A DNA stretch of 64,000 bases from Microbotryum violaceum (Eukaryota), in the NCBI GenBank assembly GCA_001244265.2, contig CDLV01000008.1, positions 310,001-374,000 on the forward strand, given 5' to 3'. Both the position numbers and the translations under genes were made by a program. Below are positions 21,556 through 34,018 of the stretch, piece after piece (position 1 is the first letter of the stretch; every line of letters begins with the position of its first letter). Under the pieces are notes generated by a model that did no database searches, had not been told where the DNA came from, and saw only the letters and a program-made list of their open reading frames with translations.

Positions 21556-23921
21556 TTATCCAAAGTATGAATTCCGAGTGGTTATAGCTCCCGGCCCTCG
21601 GCAGATCAAAAGCACGAGAGCGACCAAACGGGAGAAACCTGCTTGCAGGATCATCCCGGGGGTCGTGTAAGGGTCGGCAACGAAGCCTTGAGGCTTGGGT
21701 AGCGGGAACCAGCTCGTGAAACATTGAGGTGACTCGACACCACCAAAGTTGGCGAGCTTGGCGACGTTGCCGGTGACGACGGCGTTGGCATGGCCGGCGA
21801 CGGCGATGGCATATCCAAAGTAACCTGAGGCACCGGAAGTGAAGACATTGTTCTGAACTGTGCCGCCGAAAGTGCGAGCGACGGTGCGGTTGTCGGTACC
21901 CCAAACCATCGTACCCATCGCGATGCCGACCTTAATTGACGAAGCTTTGGACGTGATGACGTTGTTGCGCACGACAGCACCGGAGAAATTACCGAGCCAA
22001 GTGTAGTCGACCATATTGATCCCTCCGAGCAGCTGGCGCTGGTCCGAGATGATGCGGTTGTTCTGCACTACAGTGCCTTGTGCACCGAAGAGGACGATAG
22101 CGCCGTCGGTCGCATCCGTGATGACGTTGTTATGAACTTTCGATACACCGCACGCCATCGAGATGGCATCAGCCCATTGCCCAAGGGCGTAAGTGCCCGT
22201 ATTGCCGCGCTTGAACTGCGAGGCTCCTGACGGGGCGTGCCCGGACGGGCCGAACTGGTTGTCATAGACTTGCATCCCTTCGCAGTAGAAGGTGTAGCCA
22301 TCTTGCGGCCAGTAAAGACCTTCTTGCGAGTGGAGGACACTCCAGGCCCTGGGCTCGAAAGCGTGGACGTGGTGAATGATCTGGCCGCGACTGTTGCCGC
22401 CCATCTCGATCAGGGCCGCGCCGCCAGGGTAGATGCCGAGCGCGGGTCGCGCGCCGCCGATTTGTATGTGTTGGATCGAGACACCGTTCATGAAGTTGTA
22501 GCCCCAAGCATAGATAGCGCACGTCTGCGTGGCACCGGTAACGACCAACGTGGCTCGCGTGTCACCCGTGGGGTTGCCTGTTGAAGCCGGGCAAACGAGG
22601 AACAGAGTCAGCGCCTAGAGTGTTTACGGTCCGTGCACTTTCAACGAAATAAGGCAGCAGCTAGCGCAGTGTAGTCCCACGGCGACGAGCGAGGAAACGA
22701 AAGAAAAAAGGAGAAAGCAGCAACACGTACCTAGTGTGGTGAGGGTCTGATTGGCCGCATACAAGAACACGGCGTTGGTGGTGAGAATCCTGGCTCCAGG
22801 ACAGAGTGCTGCGGGTTGCGGGCAGGCAGCGGCGACGGCGGATGGTGGGCGAGGACGCAGATTAGCACCGAATACAAAGGTCAAATTGAAAACGAGCCGT
22901 AAATAAATGAATGGAAAGAGATCGGTTCCAAAAACTGTTGAACAGGGCGCCACAATCGGACGCTTGCTTCCACTGAAGGCGCCCGTTCCAAACGCGGGCC
23001 AAGGACGGCCACAGCTGTTTCCGGCCGCCAGCTGAAACTCGACCCTCTCCTTCGATCGAGCCGAGAGAAAGGAAAGTGCACTCACAGACTGTAGCACCTG
23101 GCCCGCCGTAGTAGAAGAGCTGATGCGGGTGAAATCATAAGTGACACATCACACGTCAGTGAACGTTTTCAGACAGGACAAGTGAGTCGCGTATGGAGAC
23201 TTTGGCGATTTATGATCGAGAATTAGCACCCCGATCACCATCAAAGTCGTCAGGAGTGCCTCCGTCAGGGACGATGAGCAACCTTTTCCGAGTTCGCTGA
23301 TGCGAAGATTACGCATCGTCACGGTAGCGCTCGCAGGGCCCGTGCAAGAACAGGACGGCGGAGAGCGAAAATGAAGCAGAAGAAGACTCACTGAAGAGAT
23401 GTAGGTGTCGTTGAAGGTCGAGTCGACGTAGCTGGTTGCCAACGCTCGTTGTCGCAAAAGGTGCACCTCGCTCGGGACTTGCATCTCATCCGCAGCGCGT
23501 CGCTCGAGCGCGTGTCCCGGCAAGACGTCGCGAGCCATCAAGCTGACCGTTGGAGAGAGAGTGTTTGAGCAGGGCTGAATACACTCTCGAGAGCTGAGAG
23601 AGACAGAAGTTGTGGCAAAGGGGGCATTGCGGCCGACCCAGACGGCGTCGCTTTGCTGAAAGCTGCATCCGCGGTCAGAGTCGGCGGGGAGGAAGTGGTG
23701 CTGGCACCTCGGGACTCGATGGGGGCGCCAAAGACCCCCGAAGGAAGACGTGTGATGAGAGCGATGAGTATTGAAGCCTGCAACAAAATCTTGGGAGCGA
23801 TGGATGGAGTGTGGGATGGGTAGGGTGGAGTGAGAGGGAGGAAGGGCGCAGGGGCAAAAGCCGATGCTTTTGATGATCAGCTGCAGACGAGCTGACTCCG
23901 AAATAAGGCACCCCTAGGCAT
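21556..23921 (-). CDS. Right-handed parallel beta-helix (pectin-lyase-fold-like) protein; N-terminal model uncertain or frameshifted
   Basis: Spliced DSTFNDTYISSLFYYGGPGATVSLCPGARI...TLTTLGNPTGDTRATLVVTG joins a 330-aa exon with PbH1-like repeats (WADAISMACGVSKVHNNVITDATDGAIVLFGAQGTVVQNNRI, AVVRNNVI, GTVQNNVF, AVVTGNV). Signal-like ASILIALITRLPSGVFGA is in another frame. Confidence 0.7.
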
Positions 23922-26639
23922 CTGCGATCGCTGTAGGCACGGCACAGCAGTCGGCGAGGGAAGACGCGCCGATAATCATGCGATTCTGAAATTTGAGCGA
24001 CTGCACTCACGCGAGCAGGGATTTCTGGGCCCGTCCGAAAAGCCTGCTGCACGCTGCACCTGAGCGCCGGAGCCGGGACACTCGGGAAAGTGGCTTCTCA
24101 GGATCTCAGGCACGGCGCATTGGAGCGGCGCCATTGAGTCCAAGAGTCCATGTCTCAGATATACGGCGACTGCTGCATACCCCCGCGACTACTTTAGAGT
24201 CAACACTTCAAATCCAGAGGCTTGTCCGTCTCACGCTAATTAGGTAAGTACCGCTACATCGATTGACCTTTCAGGACAGCGCGCAAGGTTTTCATAACCC
24301 ATGTGACAGTGAGGCCCTCCGACGTCGGGTCTTTCTCGAAAGCGGGATGGCATCTAAATCCTGCAGCCAAACAGATAGCTACGGAATTGGTGTGGGGTAT
24401 GCTCGGCTATCGACTCATGCAATCGGTATTGGCGAATGAGCCAGTCTGCACGGAAGGAGTGCGCGGATGCACGTGCGAAGCCACGCGAAGCGCGGATAGA
24501 TTCGATCGACCGAAAACGTCGCAAAGACTTAGGCCCCACAGCTACCATTATGAGCTTGGCTGTGGAATAATCCTCGAAACCTGCGTCTACCACCGATCCA
24601 AGGAAGTGCTCGCACCTCTGACATCAAAGAATGTATTACTATGAAGTCCATCAACACTGCAATTGAGTCGTGTCCTGCTTCAGCAATTTCGGTGGCTGCC
24701 TTCTTCGCTGAAACTCGGCCCAGCGTGTCCAATTCTGCGGAAACTGCATGCGTGTCGCCAAGATTCTTGCAGGTCTTGTTAGCTCTGTAAGGCAAAAATG
24801 GCTATCAGCACTGACCCACACAAGAGTGACCCTGCCTCTTGACTAGTAACGGAAAAGTATAGAGCCCAGAGCGAGAAGTTTGACCGGGTTGACGAGCGAT
24901 CTCGTGGCAGGGCACCAGGGATTGATGGAGGTATCCACGGCCTACGATCATATAGTCACTACAGCCTTAAGACAAACTTCCTATCGATCCCGGTATCACG
25001 AAGACAGTGGAATAAAATGCACGTTCGCATGGACTTATCCCCCTGCCTAGCAGCTGGGCGTTGAGGGGTACTTCTTTCATGATCGTGCGCATGTGGGCGG
25101 CGAGTTTTGCCAAAACCGGGCATCGACCAAACTCTAACCGGAATTGGCACGGAGGGATCTACAGGCCCGTCCCTACGCCCATAGAGAGGTTCAACAGTGA
25201 CGGATACGTCATCGCAGGTAACACCAGGAGTAGACCGCGTCTAAGCAAGGGACCGGTCGACCCCTAGTATGTGTGCAGGTACCTACTCGTGTGCCTTGTC
25301 GTTGACGCTCGTCGCTCGGTCACTGCGCGGGCGGCACATACGCCGGATTACGCTACCTTGTCAACGGCGGGCAGTGCAGACTAGCGAGCGAACAGGCCAT
25401 CGAAGCGAGACCTCTGAAGAAAGTGCTTCGATGATCATTTTGACCCATCTTTGGGCGACGGCCGAAGATGGTCGTCGGAAGTACGCGTCGAGCGGAGCGA
25501 AGCTCGTCCCCTATCCTGTAAGGAGTCGGCCTTGAGGACGCTCGACCCTCAGGCTGTCCCCGATTTATTGCCAACAGTAGGCAGTCCGCTCGAAAGCGCT
25601 GTACCGCGCGGAAGTGGGAGTGGAATCTGTCCTCGAAAGTTGAATGGTATGTCTCTCTGCCCCGCGGCAACACTTCCCGGAGTGGCCCCTGTTTAGCCAG
25701 CCCGCGAATGGGGATACTCGACTCCGTCAGCCGCGCCACAATAGTATCAACGCTATCACTAATGGTGGTGTTATTTTACTCGGAAATGTAATCCTTTTTA
25801 GAGCTCGATGATCAAGACGTTTGAGGCTTCTAGGAGAGAGCAGTATTTTCCTACCGCTATGCCGCTTGTCAGCGAGGTTAGCAGATAAAATCCCGGCTTG
25901 TACGGCGATAAATTCGACCTCACGACCTCCTGATGCCCCCGAGATGTAGACTCTCCCAGTATTCTGGGGCGCTCCTCTCACTGGAAGCCAAAATCCTGAC
26001 ACCTCTTTCCTCATCCTGTCGCCGCTCGAAGTATTTCAAAATGCCCGAAGACTCGCGCTGGCGTCGTTACGAGGTTAATCGTACGAGTCAGCGCCTACTT
26101 CTTGCTGGGTCCGACTGCGACCTGCCAGCTCTGTTCTGGTGTGCAAGAAACCTCCCAGGTACAATTCATCGCACCACCAGTTTCAATTGTGCAAACCAAT
26201 AAATCCCCCCACGTCCCGTTCCTGCACTTGTGAATGACGCGTGCATTTGGACTCTGGAGCATTCGACATGTCTCAGCTCACCATTCGAGACCCAATCGCG
26301 CCGGCCCGCCAAGCTGGCGGGCGTTGATGCGTTGTGCTCCCTCACCCGCGCTGCAAGTTTCAGATCACAGTTGAGACCTGTTCAGTGAGAATTGCCTTCT
26401 TAAGAATGGCGATAAATGCGAAAGAGACACCTACCGGTGTTAATGTTAAGCGTGACTCAAAGGTCAACCTCACCCTCGACTGTCTCAAGTATTAGTCCGA
26501 GCGTAGGCCGGTATGGCCGCCATTCAGTGAGAGGCGCGGGTGGGGGAGGCTCGGCGCTAGAACACAGAAAATATGGTCCACTCCATCGTAAGAGCGCAAT
26601 GCGAACCGAAATAGCTGGGATGGAGTCGGATTTGCAGCC

Positions 26640-27081
26640 GAGGTCTGTTTCCTTTGCTGTCTTCTTGTCTCCAAGCGACACGCTTTACAAGCATAGGTAT
26701 GCCATAGTCCTCAGAGTCTTTGCAGTATTCCGAGTACTAATAGAATCGCGCTTTACAGGCATAGTCGTTCTATCTTCGTCTCCTCCCACCCACCCTATAA
26801 AATAAATAAATACAAAAACAGCCAAACGGGACGGGTTGAAAATCTACCCACGAGAGACCATAGATAAGAAAGTAAAGGAAAGAAATAGACCAACAAGGCT
26901 GTTTTTGTATTTATTTATTTTGAAGGGTGGGTGGGAGGAGACGAAGATAGAACGACTATGCCTGTAAAGCGCGAATCTATTAGTACTCGGAATACTGCAA
27001 AGACTCTGAGGACTATGGCATACCTATGCTTGTAAAGCGTGTCGCTTGGAGACAAGAAGACAGCAAAGGAAAACAGACCTC
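26640..27081. mobile_element. Near-perfect long inverted repeat (184/185-bp arms, 73-bp spacer); foldback/MITE-like element
   Basis: 26640-26823 vs 26897-27081 differ by 3 substitutions and 1 indel. Each arm has two copies of cgctttaca(a/g)gcatag. No TSD found. The repeat is certain; the mobile-element interpretation is inferred. Confidence 0.75.
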
Positions 27082-28203
27082 AGACGCTGGTACGTCGAGG
27101 TTGGATCTGTGTAGCAGGGTAGCCAAGTCAGTCAACGTGTCCAAGAAGGACAGTCGAGAGTAGGAGTACCCTAAGGTAGAGCCTGAAGGTGGGTGATGTA
27201 CCTCGGCTCTTTGAGCGAGACGCAGTCGAACCCGAAAGAGGCGCAGCACTGGCAGGTATCGCTGGGGGGGGGGTCCTGTGAGAAGCTCGGAACCTGTCAG
27301 CCAATTGGCGGCAGGAAGAGTTCAAGGAAGGCCACTGACCTTGGCAGGAGGTGGCAGAGGTACACAGCGATACTGGTACGGCAACGGCAAGCAGTGGGAA
27401 CTAAAAGGTGCGGCAGGAGCTGGCTTGGTAAACTCTTGCGCAAGTGCGGCTTACAGACCAAGGCTCGAGGCAGGCGTGCGGCGCATGCAGGAAGGGCAGG
27501 CGTGCGGGCACGGCTTACTGCAAGGAGGGTCGAGGTCGCGCGCGCTTGAGTCCTCGGCGTCAAACTCTTGCAGCAAAAGCAGAAAAGACCAACCGCTACA
27601 TCGCTCCCATTTGCCAAGGTCAGCACACGCTATCCGGGGTCCGACGCCCAAGCAACAGCCTTCTGCAACGTCACCGGGCCTTTGAAAAGTGTCAAGTGCA
27701 ATACCACAACGGAGCTTGCAAAAGTATGTCTTTTGTTCGATCAGGAATCATTCTTGAAGACTCGTCTTTGCTCGCTTCGAGCTCGCCTACGGGATCGAAT
27801 CCTCCTCGGTCGGCGTCGGACAAACGCGTACTCCGATTCTTAACTTAATCTCATCGCAAGCTGAACCCCCCTTAGTATAAGCCCGTCGTGCAGTCGAACG
27901 TGCCATTGCAGATCTATTTACCCCCCCCGGGTGAATGGGTATTGACTCTTTTACCTAGCCCCAACAATTCAGCATGTAGATTCCAAGCCACTGCGGACCG
28001 ATGGATCTTACATAATGAACACCTTATCGAGGCGTTCTTCTCCCTATTCCCACCACGCGAAGGATCGAGATCGCCCAAAGCGAGTACGCGCCGGCGATCT
28101 TTAGGATGCACGGCCCCAGTCCCTTGAACGGGGGCATTCTTCTGTTCGTACGCAACGATAGTATGATTATTGTGCTCATCATTGTTACAACATTAATTTC
28201 CAT

Positions 28204-30592
28204 TCAATTAGAGGAACTGTTTTCCCTGCCATCACCACTTTTCCCGCCAGCTTTGGTCCGTTTCAGCTCTTCTCGCTCTGCTTCAGTCCGTTCCAGTTCT
28301 TCTTTACATAGCTAGACATAACCCAGCAAGACAGGTCAATATACATCACTTCATGTTGGACTTTCCATCGGTTGACTCACATCTTGCCATCTCGACAACT
28401 CGAACTTGGGTACCAAGTCGATATCCTCGCGAGGGAAGAAGAAGTCGAGGAAGGCGAGAAGGATGTAGTCGACGCAGATGATGATGCACAGCATCTTGCC
28501 AAAGATTAACCCAGTACCGTAATATCTGAAAGAAGGCCCTCGATTTCGGTCAGCATGACCGCCCTATCGTACAGGTTGGAAATCATTTGACTGACCTTCG
28601 TAGGCGTTCCACCACGGGCACCTCGGGTACCTCCAAGGCATCGTAGTAGACTTTCTCGGTCCGCTCGGCCACGTCGGGCCACGAGTATATCTCTTTGAGC
28701 TGATCGTGCGCTGCAAGAGGATCATGCTTCCCGCTTCGCACATGATGGATCGCCCTCGAGATGGCCCGAATGAGATCTGTGAAAGTTCAATGGCGTGAGC
28801 GAAGCGATCTTTTCGCATGTGATTCGTACCAAGGGTATGGTGACTCACCTTCGACATCGGGTTCAGCAAATTCAACAAGACCTGGCGGCAGAACTTCTGG
28901 CACACCTCCTACGCGTGTCGAGACGACGAAGAGCCCCGCGCAAGCGGCTTCGAGAATGCCGATTCCGAAAGCTTCCGTCAAGGACGGGTTGAGAAAAATT
29001 TGAGCTCGGCTCAATAACTGAAATGAGGGATGGGAAATCACTTCAGCTCAGCGTGTATGTCGCACGCGTCAGCAGGAGTCAACTCACATCCCGGACATCC
29101 TTCCCGTTTCGAACGGCTCCTAGCAGTTCGACCCGATCCCTCAAGAGCGCTTGATGTTTGTCGAGCATCTGGTCCAATTCAACAATCTTGGGCCCGTCTC
29201 CACCTATATCCAGGGATTCGAAGGATTTGTCGACACACGGGGGTCAGTTCTGGCAGAAGGCGGAGGCTATGAGGTGGCCGACGAACTTACCGATAAGCAC
29301 CCTCACGTCGGGATGCATGGAGCATACTCTCGGCAAAGCTGCGATGAGCAGATCAATTCCTTTCCGGTACACCAATCGATTGAGGCAGACGATCGTCACT
29401 GTTTGAACGACTCAACACGTGTCAGTGAGGTGAGCTCGGACACAAAGCATTGGGCCTTGTCATACAGGTTTCTGGCACGGGCGCGGGTGGTTCGGCAGGT
29501 TTGAAGTGGGAGGCCACCACGGCATTGGGTATAACATGAACGATTGATGGGTTCAGTGCGCCTCGAAGTACGGTGTTCTCCTTGCTGTAGACGCCAAGGC
29601 GGACCCCAACCAGTCAACTCGGGCCATCAGCGCTCGGTCTAATTTTTCACAAAGTCATGCCGTATGGCAAAAAATGTCGAAGACGGAAGTGGACTCACCC
29701 TGTGTGTGAGACGCAAATTACGGCTTCGACATCGCTCAGACACCCCTTCAGCATCTTGTTGCCCCAGATCTCGGCCATGTTGCCCAATCCAAAGAGCGAA
29801 TGGTCGGTGAAAACGGCTTTGACTCCGAGTGTGCGGGCGTGGAAGATGCCCTCCATCCCTTCGGCGCTCAGACTCGCGTGTGCATGAAGCACATCGATCT
29901 GTTCGCGTATGAGGATGTTGCGGATGTAGGGAAGGGCGGTGAAGAAGCCCGGTAAGGTCGCGTGAACGTGGGTCGGCGGCAAAGGTTGCACGGGGATGTG
30001 GTACACTTTGAGTCCATAGGGGAGGTAGCGGATACCCGAACGCGGCGGGTACGCATGTGTGATGATGATGACCTGCACAATGAGATGGCCGCAGAGGTGA
30101 ATACAGCATCCCGATCCGTGCGCCGCTTTGCCCCCCCACCCACGCCCCACACACACAAGCACCAGGTCCGGCAAAGCGAGGTGAAATGGGACACGGTAGA
30201 TAGATACCTTGTGATCCAATTGGGCAAGAGCCTCAGCGAGACTGTGTTTGAGTAGTTTCAGGAGTAATAGATTGATAAACCACGTCAATAACGGTGCTTG
30301 TGCAGAGCTCATTCGCAGGTACGCGCCCTACACGTGGCGGTGGCTGACCTGTAAATATGCGATTCGACTCCGCCGACCTTGGGGAAGAAGTAGTCACAGA
30401 TCATCCTGGGACCAAGCGGAAAGAGCTGTCAGTCGAGATGTCCGGCATGGGTGAGTGATGGTGTACTGCATCGACGGCTCACGCAATGTTGAGTGGCCTG
30501 TCCCGAGTCCGTTTCCGTCGCGTGGGCGAAGGTTGGTCCCATCTTCGAACAGCTGGCGCAGGGCTCGGACCCGACCTAGGTTGCGAGCCCAT
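28204..30592 (-). CDS. SPT14: Phosphatidylinositol N-acetylglucosaminyltransferase catalytic subunit (PIG-A/Gpi3)
   Basis: Multi-exon: [112 protein letters not shown]. Confidence 0.95.
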
Positions 30593-31285
30593 CCGTCCTA
30601 GCTGTTGCGTAGAGTAGGGCAGCTCGTGGCTAGACCGTTTTGTTGTGGAGCGTCGTGGCCGTCGTCGGCACGTCGGCACGTCGGCAGAGGAGGTGAAAGC
30701 AGAGGAGGTGAATTTACGAGCCCAAGTTCCGAGCTCCGCGGCCCGTGAATTCCGTTTCTCCGGCCCGTCACGTGACCGTGTGACCCCTGCGCCCGGGATG
30801 GGCCACATCAACGCCTTCATTCAGCCTCGAATTCTATCAACCTACTAGGTCGGAGTCTCATAAGTGACACCCAAACTTATCCGTCTGACGTGGCCTAGTA
30901 GTTGGAAGGAGCGGCGAGCGGTCAGCGAGGAGGTCTGTGCGGCGTATGCGCGAGTACAAGAGTACCCGAAAAGAATTTGATAGGCCTGATCCCGCGCGTG
31001 CCAAACTGGGTCTTTTCCTCACGTTTGATTCTGCATCGGATCAGATGTGTACTTGCGTATGCCTCATTGTGTCTAATGATTAACTTAGACGTTTGGCTCT
31101 GCATCGGATCAGTCAAATACTCTGGTATATATTGCCAAACATAGGTTCATCATCACTCATGAGTTTTACTCGGCGCAGTCGACAAGGTTTGATGAGTGTC
31201 TAGGGTACGACCCGTCTTACAAGACGAGGCCGATTATGCTATAGGTACGCGGGTATTAAGAATGGTGTATATGCTGAAAATACAA

Positions 31286-34018
31286 TCACCGACGACGCGC
31301 GGACTCGGGTGTCTCCTCGGAAAAGCCGGAGTCGTAATGAGACGCTTTGCACATCTGTTGATAGAAAAGGGGTTCATGGTCAGATTGTAGGTGTTTGGAA
31401 GAAAGCAAAGCTGCGAGCGCTCCAAGTACTCACGTCGATACTTTCTTGGGGCAGCTGAATCTGGCGAATGAGGTCGGGTCGGACGACCAACGCTCCTGCC
31501 ATGCCAACGCTTGTGTGCTGCGCAATGAACGGAATCATCGTGTCAGGAGCTTGGTTCGGAGTGATTTGTACCTCCATTTGACACGCAATAGATATTCTGT
31601 GAGACGCACAGGCGAAACATGGCAATGAAACGCATGTACACCAACTAGGTCCGCAACGATGCGGATCACGATGTACGAATTGGGTGGGACGGTGAACACA
31701 TCCCGGCGCGTGGGGTTTTGAGTCATAGGCGTCATAGTCGCCCACGTCTCCTTGGAGATGGTGCCATCCCCACCCCCAACGATATAGGATCGCGGGCCAT
31801 GGAGATGGAAAGGGTGGGCACCGCCTCCGGGGTTGTTGACGATGATGTCGTGGACTCTGGCTCGACCACCTTCGCCGGTCGTTTCGGACATGATCACCGT
31901 AGCAGAGCGGTTGGCGATGGATTCGCCTCGAATCGCTCGAAACAGCAAAGGGCTGTAATAGGGGACGGTGAGAGTCAGCAATGACTCTGTAATGTGAGCT
32001 ACTCAAAATACGATCACTCACTCGTAAGCGTAGGCTTCGCTGCGTCGAGGGGTTATAAGCCAGTCCGTCAGCGAGCGGCCAACGGCAGCCGTAGCAATCT
32101 CACTCACAAGCTGATCCCATTCATGTAAAATCGACCTCCCTCCGGCGCGAGTATATATGTTGCATTGAAATAGTCCACCTGATCCGCAGTATCAGCTGTG
32201 TTCTCTGCCACTCGTGGTCTCAGGATACCTGTAGGGAGTACGATTTGTGCTAGCAGTCAGGCTCAATCCAAACGAAAACCGCGTATTGTGCACTTACTAG
32301 TAGCAGGGTCCTCGCACAGCTCAACTAGGTCGTGCGTGAACGGCTTAGAAGTAGGAAATTTCTGCTGTCCCGAGCTTGAGGAAGTCGAAGCATAAGGATC
32401 GACAACGCGGACGATGGCCAATGTCTCGGGGTTAAACCCATTCAGGGGTGCGCGGAAACACTGCGTCGCGGCGAAGGATCTCATCCAGAAGCTCGACCCA
32501 GCTTTGTCGGAACGGGTATCGAGGACGGCTGAGAAGCGTTGGCCAGCATTGATGGGGATGCGAGGCATACCGACGGCATCGATGGGGGTATCGTCGACCT
32601 CTGGAAGTAGGGTGACGGCCATGGTCAGCTAAGGCGTGCAAGGAAGATACAACCCTCGCCTCAAAGATTCACCGATAAGTTTCATCTCGTGTTCGTCGAC
32701 CGAGATTCGCCAAAACGCTGTAGACTCCGTCAAGATGTCATCAGTGCGTGCGCGCACCGTCGACACGAATCAGATGATAAAGGTACGCACCGTGCATTCC
32801 GGCGTTGATGAATCTCAACCGAGTGAGCGAACCTGCAGGAACGGCGATCTCACTGTAGATGCTCTGCTTCTTGCACGAATGTCCCTTGAGGATGTTGGTC
32901 CTGTTCTTGCAGTCGAAGTCACCTCGACCTTGGATGAGCCCTGATTTGGGCGTCGGCGTCGAGGTGGACTGCATGCGGGGTTGGCGGATTCTGTTAGCAG
33001 CTGCCTCAACCACTGATACTCACGAAGAAGTGCCATGCTTACCCCGTAAACACCAGCGGATGAGCGCAACTTCTCCATGATGACTGAAGAAAGCTCGTGA
33101 TAGTTGTCGGTGACCATGACGACCTGCTCTCGATCGAAATCTGCGCCCTTCTTGAGAGTGTCGTTGCGGCAATGCACGACCACAGGCCCGTTAATGCCAT
33201 CCACTGATTGAGTACTGCGATGGCCGTGCCAAAAGTAGGTGCCGCACACGTTCACGAGCTTGAAGGAAAAAGTGAACTCGCTCTTGGAAGCGATTGGGCA
33301 GGTGACGACACCAACGGGACCATCGAAGTAGTTGACGTGGGCTTGCGGGATGCCATGGAAGTGGATGCCGGTACCGACGCGGAGCCAGTTCCTGACATGC
33401 AGCTTGATCGTGTCACCTGTAGTTCGTGTACAAGCTCAAAGGTAGGTACGTGTTTGTCCTCGTTATGGCCGGATGAGTTTGCGTCTAGTGACTCACCCTC
33501 GTTCGCCTCGATCAACTCCCCGTTCACTCGCGCATTCACGAGAAACATTTTGCGCGTCACCCCATCAGGGGCTGCGGTCACCTCCGAAACGTCAAAGTAG
33601 TAATTACGCTCGGTCGGTATGTCGGTGATCTCGAAGTCGGATGATAGTCTATAGTCTTCATGGTCGTAGGTGACTTTCTTGAGTGTCTCAAGTTGCTGTC
33701 CACGACGATGAGCCTCCCAGAGGGGTTTGTACGCTGAGTGGAAGACACTCCCCTTTTCCGGGTGCCCCGGCGAGGTTTTGTGTCGGTGCAGCTCGGTCTC
33801 AAACCTGTTCCGCAAGCGCAAAGGAATGGAAAAACTCAACAACACTGCGCCGCAAAATACACACCTACTGTGGGCAGGTGCCTGCTCCCACTCCCAAGCT
33901 CGAGCTTCGCACGGCCGGGATCAGCATATACTCACTCGCTGAGAGGCAATGGAGAAGCGAGCACTAGTCTCCCGAGCGCTGCGAAGGCGCAAGGCAGCAA
34001 AAGATCCCCGATGAGCAT
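31286..34018 (-). CDS. Secreted multicopper oxidase (laccase-like, AA1)
   Basis: Signal-like MLIGDLLLPCAFAALGRLVLASPL. All four Cu-binding segments are recoverable after splicing: IHFHG, TYFWHGH, HPFHLHG, HCHVSPHTSVGM. Confidence 0.9.

Noticed and set aside
25240-25270. Helitron-like 3' end (small hairpin + CTAG-T); similar motifs near 1912-1935 and 24821-24847
   Set aside because: Hairpin-to-CTAG spacing is atypical, and I saw no Rep/helicase remnant or 5' TC end.
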